Of a stretch of 64,000 bases of DNA, positions 1 through 10,902 are shown piece after piece (within the stretch, counting starts at the first letter, position 1; every line of letters begins with the position of its first letter). The position numbers and the translations under genes were made by a program. The stretch comes from Candidatus Latescibacterota bacterium (lineage in GTDB: Bacteria > Latescibacterota > UBA2968 > UBA8231). The stretch lies in NCBI GenBank assembly GCA_965208105.1, contig OZ242318.1, forward strand, positions 256,001-320,000, read 5' to 3'. Under the pieces are notes generated by a model. That model did not search any database. It was not told the origin of the DNA and saw only the letters and a program-made list of their open reading frames with translations.

Positions 1-471
1 CGGCAGTACGATCAGGCCGCCGTCACCGGGGAGGACGTCGGTCAGGTAGAAGAAGAAGATGAAGTCCGTGCAGCGGATCTTGCCGTCCTCGGTGTAGTAG
101 CGCCGGGTGTCCGGCTGCTTCTCCGGATTCCAGCCGGCGTGCAGGGGATGGAACCAGTGGCGGTGGTGGTTGTGGCCCAGGGTGCCGCTGGTGAAGCGAG
201 GTCTGTAGTTGGTCAACTCCATCAGGATGGGCCAGGTGGCAGGGTGGACGACGAGAACTTCCAGGGCCTTGTCGAAAGCGAATCCGTTCGTGTAGCCCGT
301 GAGGTCGGGGCGGTCCAGGTCTGCGCCGAAGCCGGCCGGCCAGTCCTCGGGAGCCATGCTGATGTAGCGGTCGGCGGCTTCCTGTGCGGGTTTGAGCTCC
401 TCCTCGCTCAGCACGTTCTTGATGTGGAGGTAGCCCGCCACGTCGAAAAAGTAGCGCTGCTCCGGGGTCAT
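1..471 (-). CDS. phytanoyl-CoA dioxygenase (PhyH) family protein, runs off the window edge
   Basis: Manual translation from ATG at 471: MTPEQRYFFDVAGYLHIKNVLSEEEL...PLHAG...FFYLTDVLPGDGGLIVLP. Typical PhyH N-terminus and 'YLTD..PGDGG' motif. Not in ORF track. Confidence 0.8.
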   Translation of the reverse strand, partial: MTPEQRYFFDVAGYLHIKNVLSEEELKPAQEAADRYISMAPEDWPAGFGADLDRPDLTGYTNGFAFDKALEVLVVHPATWPILMELTNYRPRFTSGTLGHNHHRHWFHPLHAGWNPEKQPDTRRYYTEDGKIRCTDFIFFFYLTDVLPGDGGLIVLP

Positions 472-743
472 TGGGGCATCTTTCTTTTGGTGTGGTGGTG
501 GTGGTGACTTCCAGGTCCGTTCCCGGTCGAACGGCTGTCGCAAGGCTAAGTTAAGCATCGCCCCCCTCCTTTCCAGTCCCTCCACTCAGGCTGCATCCCT
601 GATGCGGCCTCGTTTCGTCCTCCCGGCTCGGCGGCTTTCCAGGCCCCGCCTCCTGGCTTGCTCCTTTTCGGGCCTCGCCTTATCTTCGTTGCCCTCGAAT
701 CCTCCTCTCACTGCACTGACACCAGGTCGAAAGAAAAAATTCC

Positions 744-1886
744 ATGAAAACTGATGTCGTCGAGCTCACCAGGGAGCTCATTTCATTCCCTTCCGTCAGC
801 CTTTCCAGCAATGTCGCCGCCGCCCGCCACGCGGCCAGGGTCCTCAGGGCCTGCAAATTCGAGGTCGAAGAGGTGCCGTACACCGACGAGAACGGGGTGG
901 AAAAACTCTCTCTCGCCGCCAGGCTGGGAAAGGGCAGGGGCGGGCTGTCGCTGATGAGCCACATCGACGTGGTGCCTGCCGCCATCGAGGACGGCTGGAG
1001 CGGAAACCCCTTCGAGGGCAGGCTGCAGGATGGCAAAATCTACGGCCGCGGCTCGTGCGACATGAAGGGTCCACTGGCCGCAACCCTCTGCGCCGCCTCC
1101 CGCTTCAAGGCGGCCGACCTCCAGGCCCCGCTCTACGTCATGATCACCGCCGACGAGGAGCGCCACGCCATGGGTGCCCGCCTTCTGGTGGACAAATCCA
1201 GGTTGTTCAAGGAGGCCAGAAGCGGCTACGGGCTCATCTGCGAACCCACGCGCCTGCGCGTGGTCTACGCTCACAAGGGCAGCCTGTCCATGTGCGTTAC
1301 CTCCAAGGGGCGGCCGGCCCACACCAGTACCACCAAGGGGGTCAACGCCAATATAAAGATGATTCCCTTCCTCAACGACATGCTTAAGATAAGAAATCAG
1401 GTTTTGACTTCCAAACGGTTCCGCAACAAAGATTTCAATCCACCATATTCTGATCTGAATATCACCGTCAACGACCACAACATCGCCATCAACATCTTCC
1501 CCGCCCAGAGCACCTGCTACCTTCTCTACCGGCCCATGCCGGGAGTGGACACCGAGGCCCTGGTCAGGAGGGTGAAGGACTGCGCCAGCAAGCGCGGGGT
1601 CAAGTGCCAGGTGCGCCGGGGCGGCCTTCCCCTGTACACTCCTCCCGATTCTGCGCTGGTGCGGACCGCCCTGAAGCTCAGCGGAACCCGTACTCCCTCC
1701 ACCGTGTCCTACGGCACCGACGGCATGGCCTACACCAGGGGAATGAAGCAGCTGGTCGTCCTCGGTCCCGGGGACATCGCCCAGGCCCACACCGCCGACG
1801 AGTGGGTCTCCGTCGACCAGCTCCACAAGGCGGTTGACCTCTACACCCGCTTCATCGATCACGTGTGCGTCCGGAATCTCCCCTAG
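744..1886 (+). CDS. M20 family metallopeptidase / acetylornithine deacetylase-like
   Basis: SHIDVVP, GRGSCDMKG, TADEE, GPGDIAQAHTADE motifs. Confidence 0.88.
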   Translation: MKTDVVELTRELISFPSVSLSSNVAAARHAARVLRACKFEVEEVPYTDENGVEKLSLAARLGKGRGGLSLMSHIDVVPAAIEDGWSGNPFEGRLQDGKIYGRGSCDMKGPLAATLCAASRFKAADLQAPLYVMITADEERHAMGARLLVDKSRLFKEARSGYGLICEPTRLRVVYAHKGSLSMCVTSKGRPAHTSTTKGVNANIKMIPFLNDMLKIRNQVLTSKRFRNKDFNPPYSDLNITVNDHNIAINIFPAQSTCYLLYRPMPGVDTEALVRRVKDCASKRGVKCQVRRGGLPLYTPPDSALVRTALKLSGTRTPSTVSYGTDGMAYTRGMKQLVVLGPGDIAQAHTADEWVSVDQLHKAVDLYTRFIDHVCVRNLP

Positions 1887-2142
1887 AAACCCTTTCAGAT
1901 TCAGAACTAATCCTGCCTGGTTCCGGTGCCTGCCCGCGCAACTTGGCTGGAATTCGGCCGCCGCATCCCCGTCCCGCAGGGTTGCCCGTCCTCGCCGCAC
2001 ACCACCGCCAGGACTCGCCCAGGAGCCTTGCGAGCCGGGCGCTTCGACACCTCGTTCGCTGGGTTGATCAGGCGCGCAGGCAGCAGCCGGCAGAAGCATG
2101 CCTGGCCTCGACAGGGCGGAGCCCAGGCGGTGGTCCTCCTGC

Positions 2143-3366
2143 TCACCCGGCAGGAAGGTGAGTCTTCCCCCCAACCAGGTGGTCCATCAGCTCGTGGCCG
2201 TGGTCCAGGTGCAGGGATCCCTCCTCGGCGCTGCGTTCGTTGTAGGCGCTCAGGCGGTCTGCGGCCAGGCCGCTGCCCCAGAGGACGAAGGGCACCGGCT
2301 CGCGGCTGTGGGTGCGCAGGACGACCGGGGTGCGGTGGTCCGGGGCCAGGAGGATGCGGCAGGGGCCCAGTTGGGTGACGCCCTCGAGGATCCGCCCCAC
2401 CACCAGGCGGTCGAAATCTTCCAGTGCCCGGATTTTTGCGGCCGCATCTCCGTTGTGTCCGGCCTCGTCCGGAGCTTCCACGTGCAGGTAGACGAGGTCG
2501 CAGCGCTCAAGCGCCGCCAGGGCGTGGCTTGCCTTGCCGCCGTAGTTCGTGTCCAGGTACCCCGTTATTCCCGGAACCTGGATGACCTGGAGGCCGGCGG
2601 CGAGGCCGATGCCGCGCACCAGGTCCACCGCCGAAATCACCCCCGCCTCCAGTCCGAATTTCTCCCTGAATGCCTCGAGCCGCGGCGCCCGGCCCGATCC
2701 CCATAACCAGATGGAGTTCGCCGGAGGCCGGCCGGCCTCGGCGCGGCTGCGGTTGACCTGTGCCCGCGCCAGGACGGGCTCGGCCGCCCGCATCAGGGAG
2801 CGGATGGCCTGCTGCCCTTCTCCCGAGGGCAGGTGGGCTGCCATGGACTGACCCATGATATCGTGGGGAGGATAGGAGGTGAGGTCGCCGGGCCCCTTCT
2901 CGTATACCAGCAGGTGGCGGTAGCCCACCCCCGGGTGGAAGCGAACGCCCTCCCGGCCCAGCTCGTCATCGAGGGCCTCGATCAGGGCCTGGCCTTCGGC
3001 GCTGGAAATATGGCCGGCGCTGTAGTCCACCAGGGTATCGCCGCGGCGATGGATCAGGTTGCAGCGAAAGGCGACCGCCTCCGGCCCCAGCTCGATTCCC
3101 ATGCTCACGGCCTCGAGGGGCGCCCGGCCGGTGTAGTGCACCCGGCTGTCGTAGCCGAAGATCTCCAGGTTGCCGATATCGCTCCCGGCTGGCCTCGAGG
3201 GCGGAATGACCTGGACCAGCCCGCCCAGTCCCTCGCGGGCAAGCCGGTCCATATTCGGCGTGCCAGCAGCCTCCAGGGGGGTCCGGCCCTGCAGCTCTTC
3301 GAGCCCGTAATCAGCCGCCCCGTCCGGAACCAGTACCAGAAATTTCAACGCCTGGACCTCCTCCAT
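2143..3366 (-). CDS. apgM: cofactor-independent phosphoglycerate mutase (ApgM family)
   Basis: LVPDGAAD...TPLEAAGTPNMD, AGSD phosphoserine site, HVEAPDEAGH, PDH metal motifs. Start trimmed from the longer ORF. Confidence 0.85.
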   Translation of the reverse strand: MEEVQALKFLVLVPDGAADYGLEELQGRTPLEAAGTPNMDRLAREGLGGLVQVIPPSRPAGSDIGNLEIFGYDSRVHYTGRAPLEAVSMGIELGPEAVAFRCNLIHRRGDTLVDYSAGHISSAEGQALIEALDDELGREGVRFHPGVGYRHLLVYEKGPGDLTSYPPHDIMGQSMAAHLPSGEGQQAIRSLMRAAEPVLARAQVNRSRAEAGRPPANSIWLWGSGRAPRLEAFREKFGLEAGVISAVDLVRGIGLAAGLQVIQVPGITGYLDTNYGGKASHALAALERCDLVYLHVEAPDEAGHNGDAAAKIRALEDFDRLVVGRILEGVTQLGPCRILLAPDHRTPVVLRTHSREPVPFVLWGSGLAADRLSAYNERSAEEGSLHLDHGHELMDHLVGGKTHLPAG

Positions 3367-3625
3367 GCCGGAAACTTGCCGCGCGGTCTCCACCCGTTCC
3401 AACCAGCCGGGCGCCGCTCCTGCCGCCGGCGGCCCCTGCCGGCAGAGATCGTCCCGCCGGCGGCCGCCTGTCTTCAGGCGGATCAGGCCTGCCATGGCCA
3501 GATCCACAGCATTCCCTCCGGCAGAGATTCTAATAGTAGCGCTATCCCGCAGACTCTACAACCATGCCGCGGGAGCAATCGGTCCGGGTTGCTCCACGAT
3601 TCGTCCGCGCCTACCTTCTGGCGCC

Positions 3626-4549
3626 ATGACCCGCTTCCAGAAACTGCTGCTGGCCACCATCCTGACCACCTTTCTGCTGATTGCCCTGGGTGGGTTCGTG
3701 CGCGCCGCCGGCGCCGGCCTGGGCTGTCCCGACTGGCCGCGGTGCTTCGACCGCTGGATCCCGCCAACGAGCGCAGACCAACTGCCGCCCCATATCGACC
3801 CGGCGCTCTTCAATTTCAAGCTCGCCTGGATCGAGTACGTCAATCGCATCGTGGGAATGGTGGTCGGCCTTCTGATCCTGGCCACCGCCCTCATGGCCTG
3901 GCGCGACCACCGCAGCGAGAGGCGCATCTTCGCTCCGGTCCAGGGGGCCCTCGTCGCGGTGGCCTTCCAGGGTTGGTTCGGAGGGCAGGTGGTGGTCCAC
4001 GATCTCGACCCCCGTCTCGTCACCGTCCACCTCTTCGTCGCCCTGCTCATCGTCGGTCTCCTGCTCTATGCCGCCTTCGCCAGCTTTTTCCCCGCCCCCG
4101 CGCCATCCGCGCTGCCGGGGCGGCAGCGCCGCTTCGCCCGCATGGTCTGCCTGGTCATCGCCATCTCCCTGGTCCAGATGTTTCTCGGCGCCATGGTGCG
4201 CGGCAGCATCGACCTCACCGCGGCGGGGTCGCCTGAAATGGACCGCGGGCTCCTCCTGGGGCAGGTGGGTTCCCTGGACCACCTGCACCGCGCCACGGGA
4301 CTTCTCACCTTTCTGAGCTGCTGGTGCCTGTTCTGGAGCGCCCGCCGTTCCTTCCCCGGCGCTCCGGCCCTGCGCCGTTTCGCCCTGGTCCCCGCCCTCG
4401 TCGTCACGGGTCAATTCGGCGCCGGCCTGGGACTGGCCTACCTCGCCCTGCCCCCGGGCCTCCAGGTGGTCCACGTGGCCCTGGCCAGTCTCCTGCTCGG
4501 AGGCCTGATCCTCACCGCCCTGCGCGCCGGGCGGCCTGCCCACGGCTGA
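3626..4549 (+). CDS. ctaA: heme A synthase (COX15/CtaA family)
   Basis: GAGLGCPDWPRC, WIEYVNR, conserved His in VHL/HR/VH, multiple TM helices. Confidence 0.88.
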   Translation: MTRFQKLLLATILTTFLLIALGGFVRAAGAGLGCPDWPRCFDRWIPPTSADQLPPHIDPALFNFKLAWIEYVNRIVGMVVGLLILATALMAWRDHRSERRIFAPVQGALVAVAFQGWFGGQVVVHDLDPRLVTVHLFVALLIVGLLLYAAFASFFPAPAPSALPGRQRRFARMVCLVIAISLVQMFLGAMVRGSIDLTAAGSPEMDRGLLLGQVGSLDHLHRATGLLTFLSCWCLFWSARRSFPGAPALRRFALVPALVVTGQFGAGLGLAYLALPPGLQVVHVALASLLLGGLILTALRAGRPAHG

Positions 4550-4655
4550 TTCATCCGCCGCCAGGGCCGGCCGAGGATGCCGCCATATTGAAGAATGTTT
4601 ATATTCTCGACCCACGCGCGGAAACCCAGCCGGAATTCCATATACGCCAGCTCAT

Positions 4656-6320
4656 ATGACGACGATGACTAACCGGGAACTGGTGCAGCGCTGGAGCCGG
4701 GAGCCGGCGCCGCTCCTGCCCCTGCTGCACGCCTTTCACGACCGCGACGGCTTCCTCTCGGAGGAGGCCATGAGGGAAATTTCCCGGGGACTGCGCATGC
4801 CCCTTGCAGAGGTATTCGGCACCTCGACCTTCTACCACCACCTGGCGCGCACTCCTCCGGGGCAGAGGTCCCCGAGGGTGTGCACCGGTCCCAGCTGCTG
4901 CCTGCGCGGGGGCAGAGAGCTCCTGCAATCACTCGGCGACGCCACCCCCATGCCCTGCGCCGGCCGCTGCGACGATCCCGTGCCGGTGCTCCGGGGCCGC
5001 GAGGTGCTCGTGGGCACCCTCCCTGACCGGCTCGAAGTCCGTCCTTCGCCTGAGCCTCCGCCCAACCCTGGTGGGGCGGAAGAGTGTGTCTTCGCCCATA
5101 TCCGCGAACCGGACCGCGCCGCTCTCGCCGGCTATCGCCGCACCGGGGGATACGAGGGCCTGGTGCGGGCGGTCGAGGATATGACCCCTGAGGAGGTCGT
5201 CGATCTGGTGACGGACAGCAAGCTGGCAGGCCGCGGCGGCGCCGGTTTCCCCACGGGACTCAAGTGGAGAGCCGTGGCCGAGGCGGCGGGGACGCCCAAG
5301 ACCATCGTCTGCAACGCCGACGAGGGGGAACCGGGCTGCTTCAAGGACCGGGCGCTCATGGACCTGGATCCCCATGCGGTCATCGAAGGCATGGTCCTGG
5401 CCGCCTACGCCACCGGCGCCACCCGCGGCTTCATCTACCTGCGCTATGAGTATCCGCACACCTTCGACATCCTCGAGGGGGCGATGGCGGAAGCCAGGAC
5501 CGCGGGTCTCACCGGCGCCGGCATCCTGGGGACGGACTTCAGCTTCGACCTCCACCTGCGCCGGGGCGCAGGAGCCTATATCTGCGGCGAAGAGGGCGCG
5601 CTCCTGAACAGCCTGGAGGGCAAGCGGCCGCTGCCGCGCAACCGCCCTCCCTTTCCTGTGACCCACGGCTACGAGAACCTGCCCACGGTGGTCAACAACG
5701 TGGAGACCCTGGCCTCGGTTCCCCCCATCCTGCGACTCGGCGCCGATTGGTACGGCGGTCTGGGACGCGACGGACAGGCGGGCACCAAGGTGGTCAGTCT
5801 TTCCGGAGACATCCTCCGCCCCGGCAACTACGAGGTCCCCCTGGGACTGCCCCTCCAGACCCTGCTCTACGACTGGGCCGGAGGCCCCGCTGCCGGACGC
5901 ACCATTCAGGCCGTCACCATGGCCGGCCTGTCGGGAGGATTCCTGGCCGGAGAGGACCTGGAGGTGACCCTCGACGAGGAGAGCATCAGGGGCAGGGGCT
6001 CCATGCTGGGCGCGGCGGGAATCATTGTGTTCGACGACAGCCGCGACATGGTGGACATTGCCCACCAGGCCATGGCCTTCTTCGCGGAGGAATCCTGCGG
6101 CAAGTGCTTCCCCTGCCGCATCGGCACCCAGCGTCTCAGCGAGCGGCTCTCCGGCGCCGCCGGCCCCCGCGAGCATGCCGCCTGGATCGATGAGGTCACC
6201 GACATGGGTCGGACCATGGAGGCGACCAGCGCCTGCGGACTGGGGATGGCCGCCCCCTTTGTCACCCGGAGCCTGATCAAGTATTTTCCGGACCAGATCG
6301 TCCGGCACCTGCAGTCGTGA
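4656..6320 (+). CDS. NuoE-NuoF-like fused diaphorase (formate dehydrogenase beta/gamma subunit)
   Basis: N-terminal 2Fe-2S motifs (CTGPSC...CAGRC), GRGGAGFPTG, NADEGEPG, GAGAYICGEE, C-terminal ESCGKCFPCR and CGLG. Confidence 0.9.
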   Translation: MTTMTNRELVQRWSREPAPLLPLLHAFHDRDGFLSEEAMREISRGLRMPLAEVFGTSTFYHHLARTPPGQRSPRVCTGPSCCLRGGRELLQSLGDATPMPCAGRCDDPVPVLRGREVLVGTLPDRLEVRPSPEPPPNPGGAEECVFAHIREPDRAALAGYRRTGGYEGLVRAVEDMTPEEVVDLVTDSKLAGRGGAGFPTGLKWRAVAEAAGTPKTIVCNADEGEPGCFKDRALMDLDPHAVIEGMVLAAYATGATRGFIYLRYEYPHTFDILEGAMAEARTAGLTGAGILGTDFSFDLHLRRGAGAYICGEEGALLNSLEGKRPLPRNRPPFPVTHGYENLPTVVNNVETLASVPPILRLGADWYGGLGRDGQAGTKVVSLSGDILRPGNYEVPLGLPLQTLLYDWAGGPAAGRTIQAVTMAGLSGGFLAGEDLEVTLDEESIRGRGSMLGAAGIIVFDDSRDMVDIAHQAMAFFAEESCGKCFPCRIGTQRLSERLSGAAGPREHAAWIDEVTDMGRTMEATSACGLGMAAPFVTRSLIKYFPDQIVRHLQS

Positions 6321-6348
6321 AATCGGGAAAACGAGAAAGGAAATTGCG

Positions 6349-9141
6349 ATGACTGTTGCGGCAGAACCACAGGCAGCCGCGTCGGCGGAGGTTTCCTCCA
6401 TGACCCTGGACGGCGAGGAAGTGAACTTTGCCGCCGGTGAGACCGTTTTCGAGGTCGCCGAGCGCTCCGGCCGGGAGGTTCCCACCCTGTGCTACGATCC
6501 CCGGCTCGAGCCCCTGGGCAGCTGCAGGCTGTGCGTCGTCGAGGTCGAAGGCTCCCGCGCTCCGGTGGCTTCGTGCACCACCCGGGCAACCCCGGGGATG
6601 GTGGTGCGCACCTCCTCCGACACCCTCGAGAAGCACCGCCGGATTCTTCTGGAGATGGTGGTATCCGAAAACCGCGAGGTGGACGTGGATCCCCTGCGCG
6701 GCTATGCCTCCCAGGAGCTCAAGACCCTGGTGGACCAATACGAAGCGCGCACCGGACGCTTCGGCGGGGCCCGTTCAGGCGCCACCCGGGAAGCGGACGA
6801 CAACCCGTTCATCCTGCGCGACTACGACCTCTGCATTTCCTGCAACCGCTGCGTCCGCGTGTGTGCCGAGCAGGAGGGAGACCACGCCATCAACATCATG
6901 AACCGCGGTTTCCACACCCGGATCACCACCGAGTTCGACGGCCTCCTGAAGGACTCGGCCTGCACCTTTTGCGGCCAGTGCGTGCAGACCTGCCCCACCG
7001 GCGCCCTGGCCGACAGAAAGGCCATGCGCGCGGCCGCCGTTCCGGGCCCCATCGAGAAGACCAGGACCATCTGTCCCTACTGCGGGGTCGGATGCTCGGT
7101 GGACCTGCTCAGCAAGGAAGATCGCCTGGTCGGGGTCCACCCCGCCATGGACGGCCCGGCCAACCTGGGAGCTCTCTGCATCAAGGGCCAGTTCGCCTTC
7201 GATTTCGTGCAGCACTCCGACCGCCTCAAGACCCCCCTGCTGCGCGGCGAGGACGGCGAGCTGCACGAGGCGGGTTGGGACGAGGCCCTGGATCGGGCGG
7301 CGGAAGGATTCCGCCGGGCCTGCGCGGAGCACGGCCGCCACAGTATCTACGGGGTGGCCTCGGGGCGCGCCCCCAACGAGGCGGCCTACGTAATGCAGAA
7401 GTTCATCAGAGCGGGGTTCGGCACCCACCAGATAGACAACTGCAGCCGTGCCTGACACGCTCCCACGGTTGCCGGTCTGGCAGCCACCATCGGACGCGGT
7501 GCCATGTCGAACCCCATGGCCGACATGGAAAAAGCGGATATGATCTTCTGCATCGGGACGAACATGACCGAGTGCCACCCGGTCGCCGCCACCCGGATCA
7601 AGAAGGCGATCAAACGCGGCGCCACCATGGTGGTGGCCGACCCCCGCCGCATTCCACTGGCCGAACTCGCCGATCTATACCTGCCGATCCGGGTGGGATC
7701 GGACGTGGCCTTGCTGCTGGGGATGGCCCACGTGATCGAGCGCGAGGGACTGATGGACGAGGCCTTCATGGCCGAGCGCACCACGGCTACGGAAGAATTT
7801 CTCGAGCACGTCAGGAAATTCCCTCCCGAGTGGGCACAGGAGATCACCGAAGTGCCGGCGGCCGACATAGAGAGGACCGCGCTGTGGTACGGCCGCGCCG
7901 AAAGGAGCGGCATCTACTACACCCTGGGAATCACCGAGCACATCTGCGGCGTCGACAACGTCCAGAGCCTGTGCAACCTGGCGCTCATGACCGGCAACGT
8001 GGGGCGCGAGGGCACCGGGATCAACCCCCTGCGCGGCCAGAACAACATCCAGGGCGCCGGCGACAGCGGGGCGGTTCCATCCAACTATCCCGGTTTCCAG
8101 CCGGCCTCGGACCCCGAGGCCCAGGCCAGGTTCACCCGGCTTTACGGCAAGAAGATCGAGTGCGAGAACGGCATCACCAAGGTCCAGGCCCTGGAGCGCT
8201 GCGGCGAGCAGATCCGCGCCATGATCATCGACGGCGAGAACACCCTGATGTCGGACCCCGACCGCAAGCACTGCGAGCACGCCCTGCGCAGTCTCGACCA
8301 CCTGGTGGTCATCGACAACTTCCTCACCGAGACTGCGCGCCTGGCGGACGTGGTGCTGCCGGCCACGTCCTGGGGCGAGACCGACGGGGTGTGCACCAAC
8401 ACCGAGCGCCGGGTGCAGCGCCTGCGCGCCGCGGTGAAGCCCCCCGGCGAGGCGCGGCCCGACTGGTGGATCGTCTCCCAGATCGCGCGCAGGCTGGGCT
8501 TCGACGGTTTCGAGTACGGGGAGGCGAAGGAGGTGTTCAACGAGCTGTGCAGCCTTTCTCCCATCTACGCCGGGCTCGACTGGGAGCGCATCGACAAGGG
8601 CGCCTACCACTGGCCCGTTCCCCATGCAGACCACCCCGGCACGCCCATGTTGCACGAGGGCAGGTTCAGAAACGGGCGCGGCATCTTCAAGGTCATAAAC
8701 TACCGCGACCCGGCCGAGACCATCAGCCCCGACTTCCCGGTCTGGCTCACCACGGGAAGGCGGCTGCAGTCCTACCACACCCGGACCCAGACCGGCCGCG
8801 CACAGGGAATCGATTACTTTCTGTCGGAGGAGTCCCTCGAGGTCCATCCCGGGGACGTGGAGGCCTGGGGGCTGAAGGACCAGGGCTGGTGCCGCCTGTC
8901 CAGCCGCCGCGGATCGGTGCAGATCAAGGTCAGGGCCACCAGGCGCTCGCCGCGGGGCACTGTATTCACCAGTTTCAGTTTCAGCGACGTGCCCATCAAC
9001 ATCCTGACAGGCTCGGGCTACGACCCCATAACCTTCACCGCCGAGTTCAAGGTCTGTCCGGTGCGCATCGAGGCGCTGGGGGCGGCGGGGGAGCAGGGGG
9101 GTGCTGACCCGGAAGGGGCAGTTGTGGGCCAGGGCCAGTAG
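6349..9141 (+). CDS. fdhF: selenocysteine-containing formate dehydrogenase alpha subunit (Mo/W-bisPGD); Sec at 7453-7455
   Basis: ORFs 6349..7455 and 7504..9141 are in the same frame, separated only by TGA in DNCSRA-U-HAPTVAGL (FdhF active-site motif). CPYCGVGC, PLRGQNNIQG, LTTGRR motifs. SECIS follows. Confidence 0.95.
7467..7485 (+). promoter_or_regulatory. bacterial SECIS hairpin
   Basis: GGTTGCC-GGTCT-GGCAGCC stem-loop starting 11 nt after the UGA, closely resembling the E. coli fdhF SECIS. Confidence 0.88.
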
Positions 9142-9161
9142 GACCGGAGGGAGCAACGGGA

Positions 9162-9974
9162 ATGAGTGATCTCGGAAAATCCAGAGGAAGAAGGCCGGTG
9201 ACTGCAGCCGCCATTTTCCTGCTGTTGAGCCTGGCCGCAGCGCCGGCCCTGGCCGGCCTCGTCGGCGAGGAGGTGGAGTACGGGGAAGGCGACACCGTGC
9301 TGAGGGGCTACCTGGTCTACGACGCCGGCATCGAGGGCGAACGCCCCGGCGTCCTCGTCGTCCACGAGTGGTGGGGGCTCAACGACCACGCCCGCAAAAA
9401 GGCCGACGATCTGGCGCGGGAAGGCTACATCGCCCTGGCCGTCGACATGTACGGGGAGGGCAAGACCACCGACCATCCCGGCCAGGCCGGGGAGTGGTCT
9501 TCCCATATCCGCCAGAACAGTGAAATCGGCTCCGCCCGCTTCGAGGCCGCCCGCGGCTTGCTGCAGGAACACCCCTTGAGCGACGGCGACAGGTTGGCCG
9601 CCATCGGGTTCTGCTTCGGAGGCCATCTGGTCCTCACCATGGCCCAGAACGGCGCCGATCTGTTGGCGGTGGTCAGCTTTCACGGCTCCTTGCCCACGGC
9701 CGCCCCCGAAGCCGACACCATCAAGGCCAGGATCCTGGTCTGCCATGGGGCGGACGATCCCCTGATCTCCCGCGATCAGATCGGCCGCTTCCAGGACAAC
9801 ATGCGGGAGGCGGGCGCCGACTGGCAGTTCATCGCCTACGGCGGCGCCAGGCACAGCTTCACCAATCCCGCCGCCGACGCCCGCGGGGCGGCCGCCCTGG
9901 GCTACGATCCCGCCGCCGACCGGCGTTCCCGGGGCGCCATGCTCGCCCTCTTCGAGGAGGTTTTCGCCCAATGA
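9162..9974 (+). CDS. dienelactone hydrolase family protein with signal peptide
   Basis: VHEWWGLN, GFCFGG nucleophile motif, HSFTNP. Start may be GTG at 9198. Confidence 0.88.
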   Translation: MSDLGKSRGRRPVTAAAIFLLLSLAAAPALAGLVGEEVEYGEGDTVLRGYLVYDAGIEGERPGVLVVHEWWGLNDHARKKADDLAREGYIALAVDMYGEGKTTDHPGQAGEWSSHIRQNSEIGSARFEAARGLLQEHPLSDGDRLAAIGFCFGGHLVLTMAQNGADLLAVVSFHGSLPTAAPEADTIKARILVCHGADDPLISRDQIGRFQDNMREAGADWQFIAYGGARHSFTNPAADARGAAALGYDPAADRRSRGAMLALFEEVFAQ

Positions 9975-10116
9975 GGCTCCCGGGCAGACGCCGCTTCCGC
10001 GGGTGGACGCCGAGGATCTCCGGGGCGACAACCCTGGCGAAGGCCGAGGCCGCCTGCAGGGAGACGCTTTTCATCAGCCTCTCCGCTCTCCAACCCGTTA
10101 CAAGGTGATTACAGCG

Positions 10117-10884
10117 ATGCAATCAGTCTCCATTGCCATGACCGTCGACAGCAAGACCGGGTCCCGCGAGCGGGACATTGCCGTCGCCTCGGTGGCAGGC
10201 GCCCGCTTCTGCGCCCGCGACCTGGAGGGCACCCGCCGGGAGCTTGACGAAATCCTGCGGCGCGACGGACGCTATACCATGGCCACCCGAACCAATCCCT
10301 CCATCTTCCGTCTCGGCCGCTACCTGCTGACCCAGAACGCGGAATTCGAGGTGCAGGGGCCCATGACCGGGGGCGAGACCGAGGTGGTCGCCATCCGCAC
10401 CGAGGGCGGCGTTCTCATTTCCGTTGGCAGCGACCAGTGCGACCGCGAGCTCGACCCGCTCTTTCCCGACAAACCCAAGCAGATGTGCCCGCACCCCCTG
10501 GCGCGCAGGGCCTGGCCCTACGAGGAGGTCAGCCCCCACTGGGACGAGCTGCGGGTCTACAGCCACGTGGTCGTGGGGGACCACACCGTGCCCCTGCAGG
10601 ACAGCCCGGTCTCCGAGCTGGTGGAGCTGGAATACCTGCTGGCCATGGACGCCGTCAGGGAGCTTCCCGACCCCATGGTGCTCTACTGCGGCTGCGGCTC
10701 CTTCCTCGACTCGGTGGAAGCCGATGTCCGGCGCCTTGAGCTTCCCGCCGAGACCGCAATGGGAGTGGGAGACAGGTTTCTCGTTCGTCTCCACGACCCC
10801 GTCCTCGGCCGCAGCATCGAGCACGAGTTCCGTCCCGTTCCCCTGGGAGACGACCTGTCCCAGAGAAAAGCCTTCGACACCTGA
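10117..10884 (+). CDS. DUF2848-like (fumarylacetoacetate hydrolase fold) protein
   Basis: GETE...SVGSDQCDREL...KQMCPHPL...HWDEL pattern. Confidence 0.7.
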   Translation: MQSVSIAMTVDSKTGSRERDIAVASVAGARFCARDLEGTRRELDEILRRDGRYTMATRTNPSIFRLGRYLLTQNAEFEVQGPMTGGETEVVAIRTEGGVLISVGSDQCDRELDPLFPDKPKQMCPHPLARRAWPYEEVSPHWDELRVYSHVVVGDHTVPLQDSPVSELVELEYLLAMDAVRELPDPMVLYCGCGSFLDSVEADVRRLELPAETAMGVGDRFLVRLHDPVLGRSIEHEFRPVPLGDDLSQRKAFDT

Positions 10885-10902
10885 CCTGAAAGGAGATTCC
10901 GC

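Noticed and set aside
488-506. (TGG)n microsatellite as a phase-variation switch
   Set aside because: Few units and located upstream of the probable start; no supporting evidence.
1887-2142. Structured RNA or MITE between convergent genes
   Set aside because: Only short imperfect GC-rich inverted repeats; not distinguishable from chance.
6489-9107. 872-aa plus-strand ORF and other long overlapping ORFs (e.g. 33193-35046, 4929-6485)
   Set aside because: Low-complexity shadow frames of GC-rich genes, overlapping well-supported CDSs.
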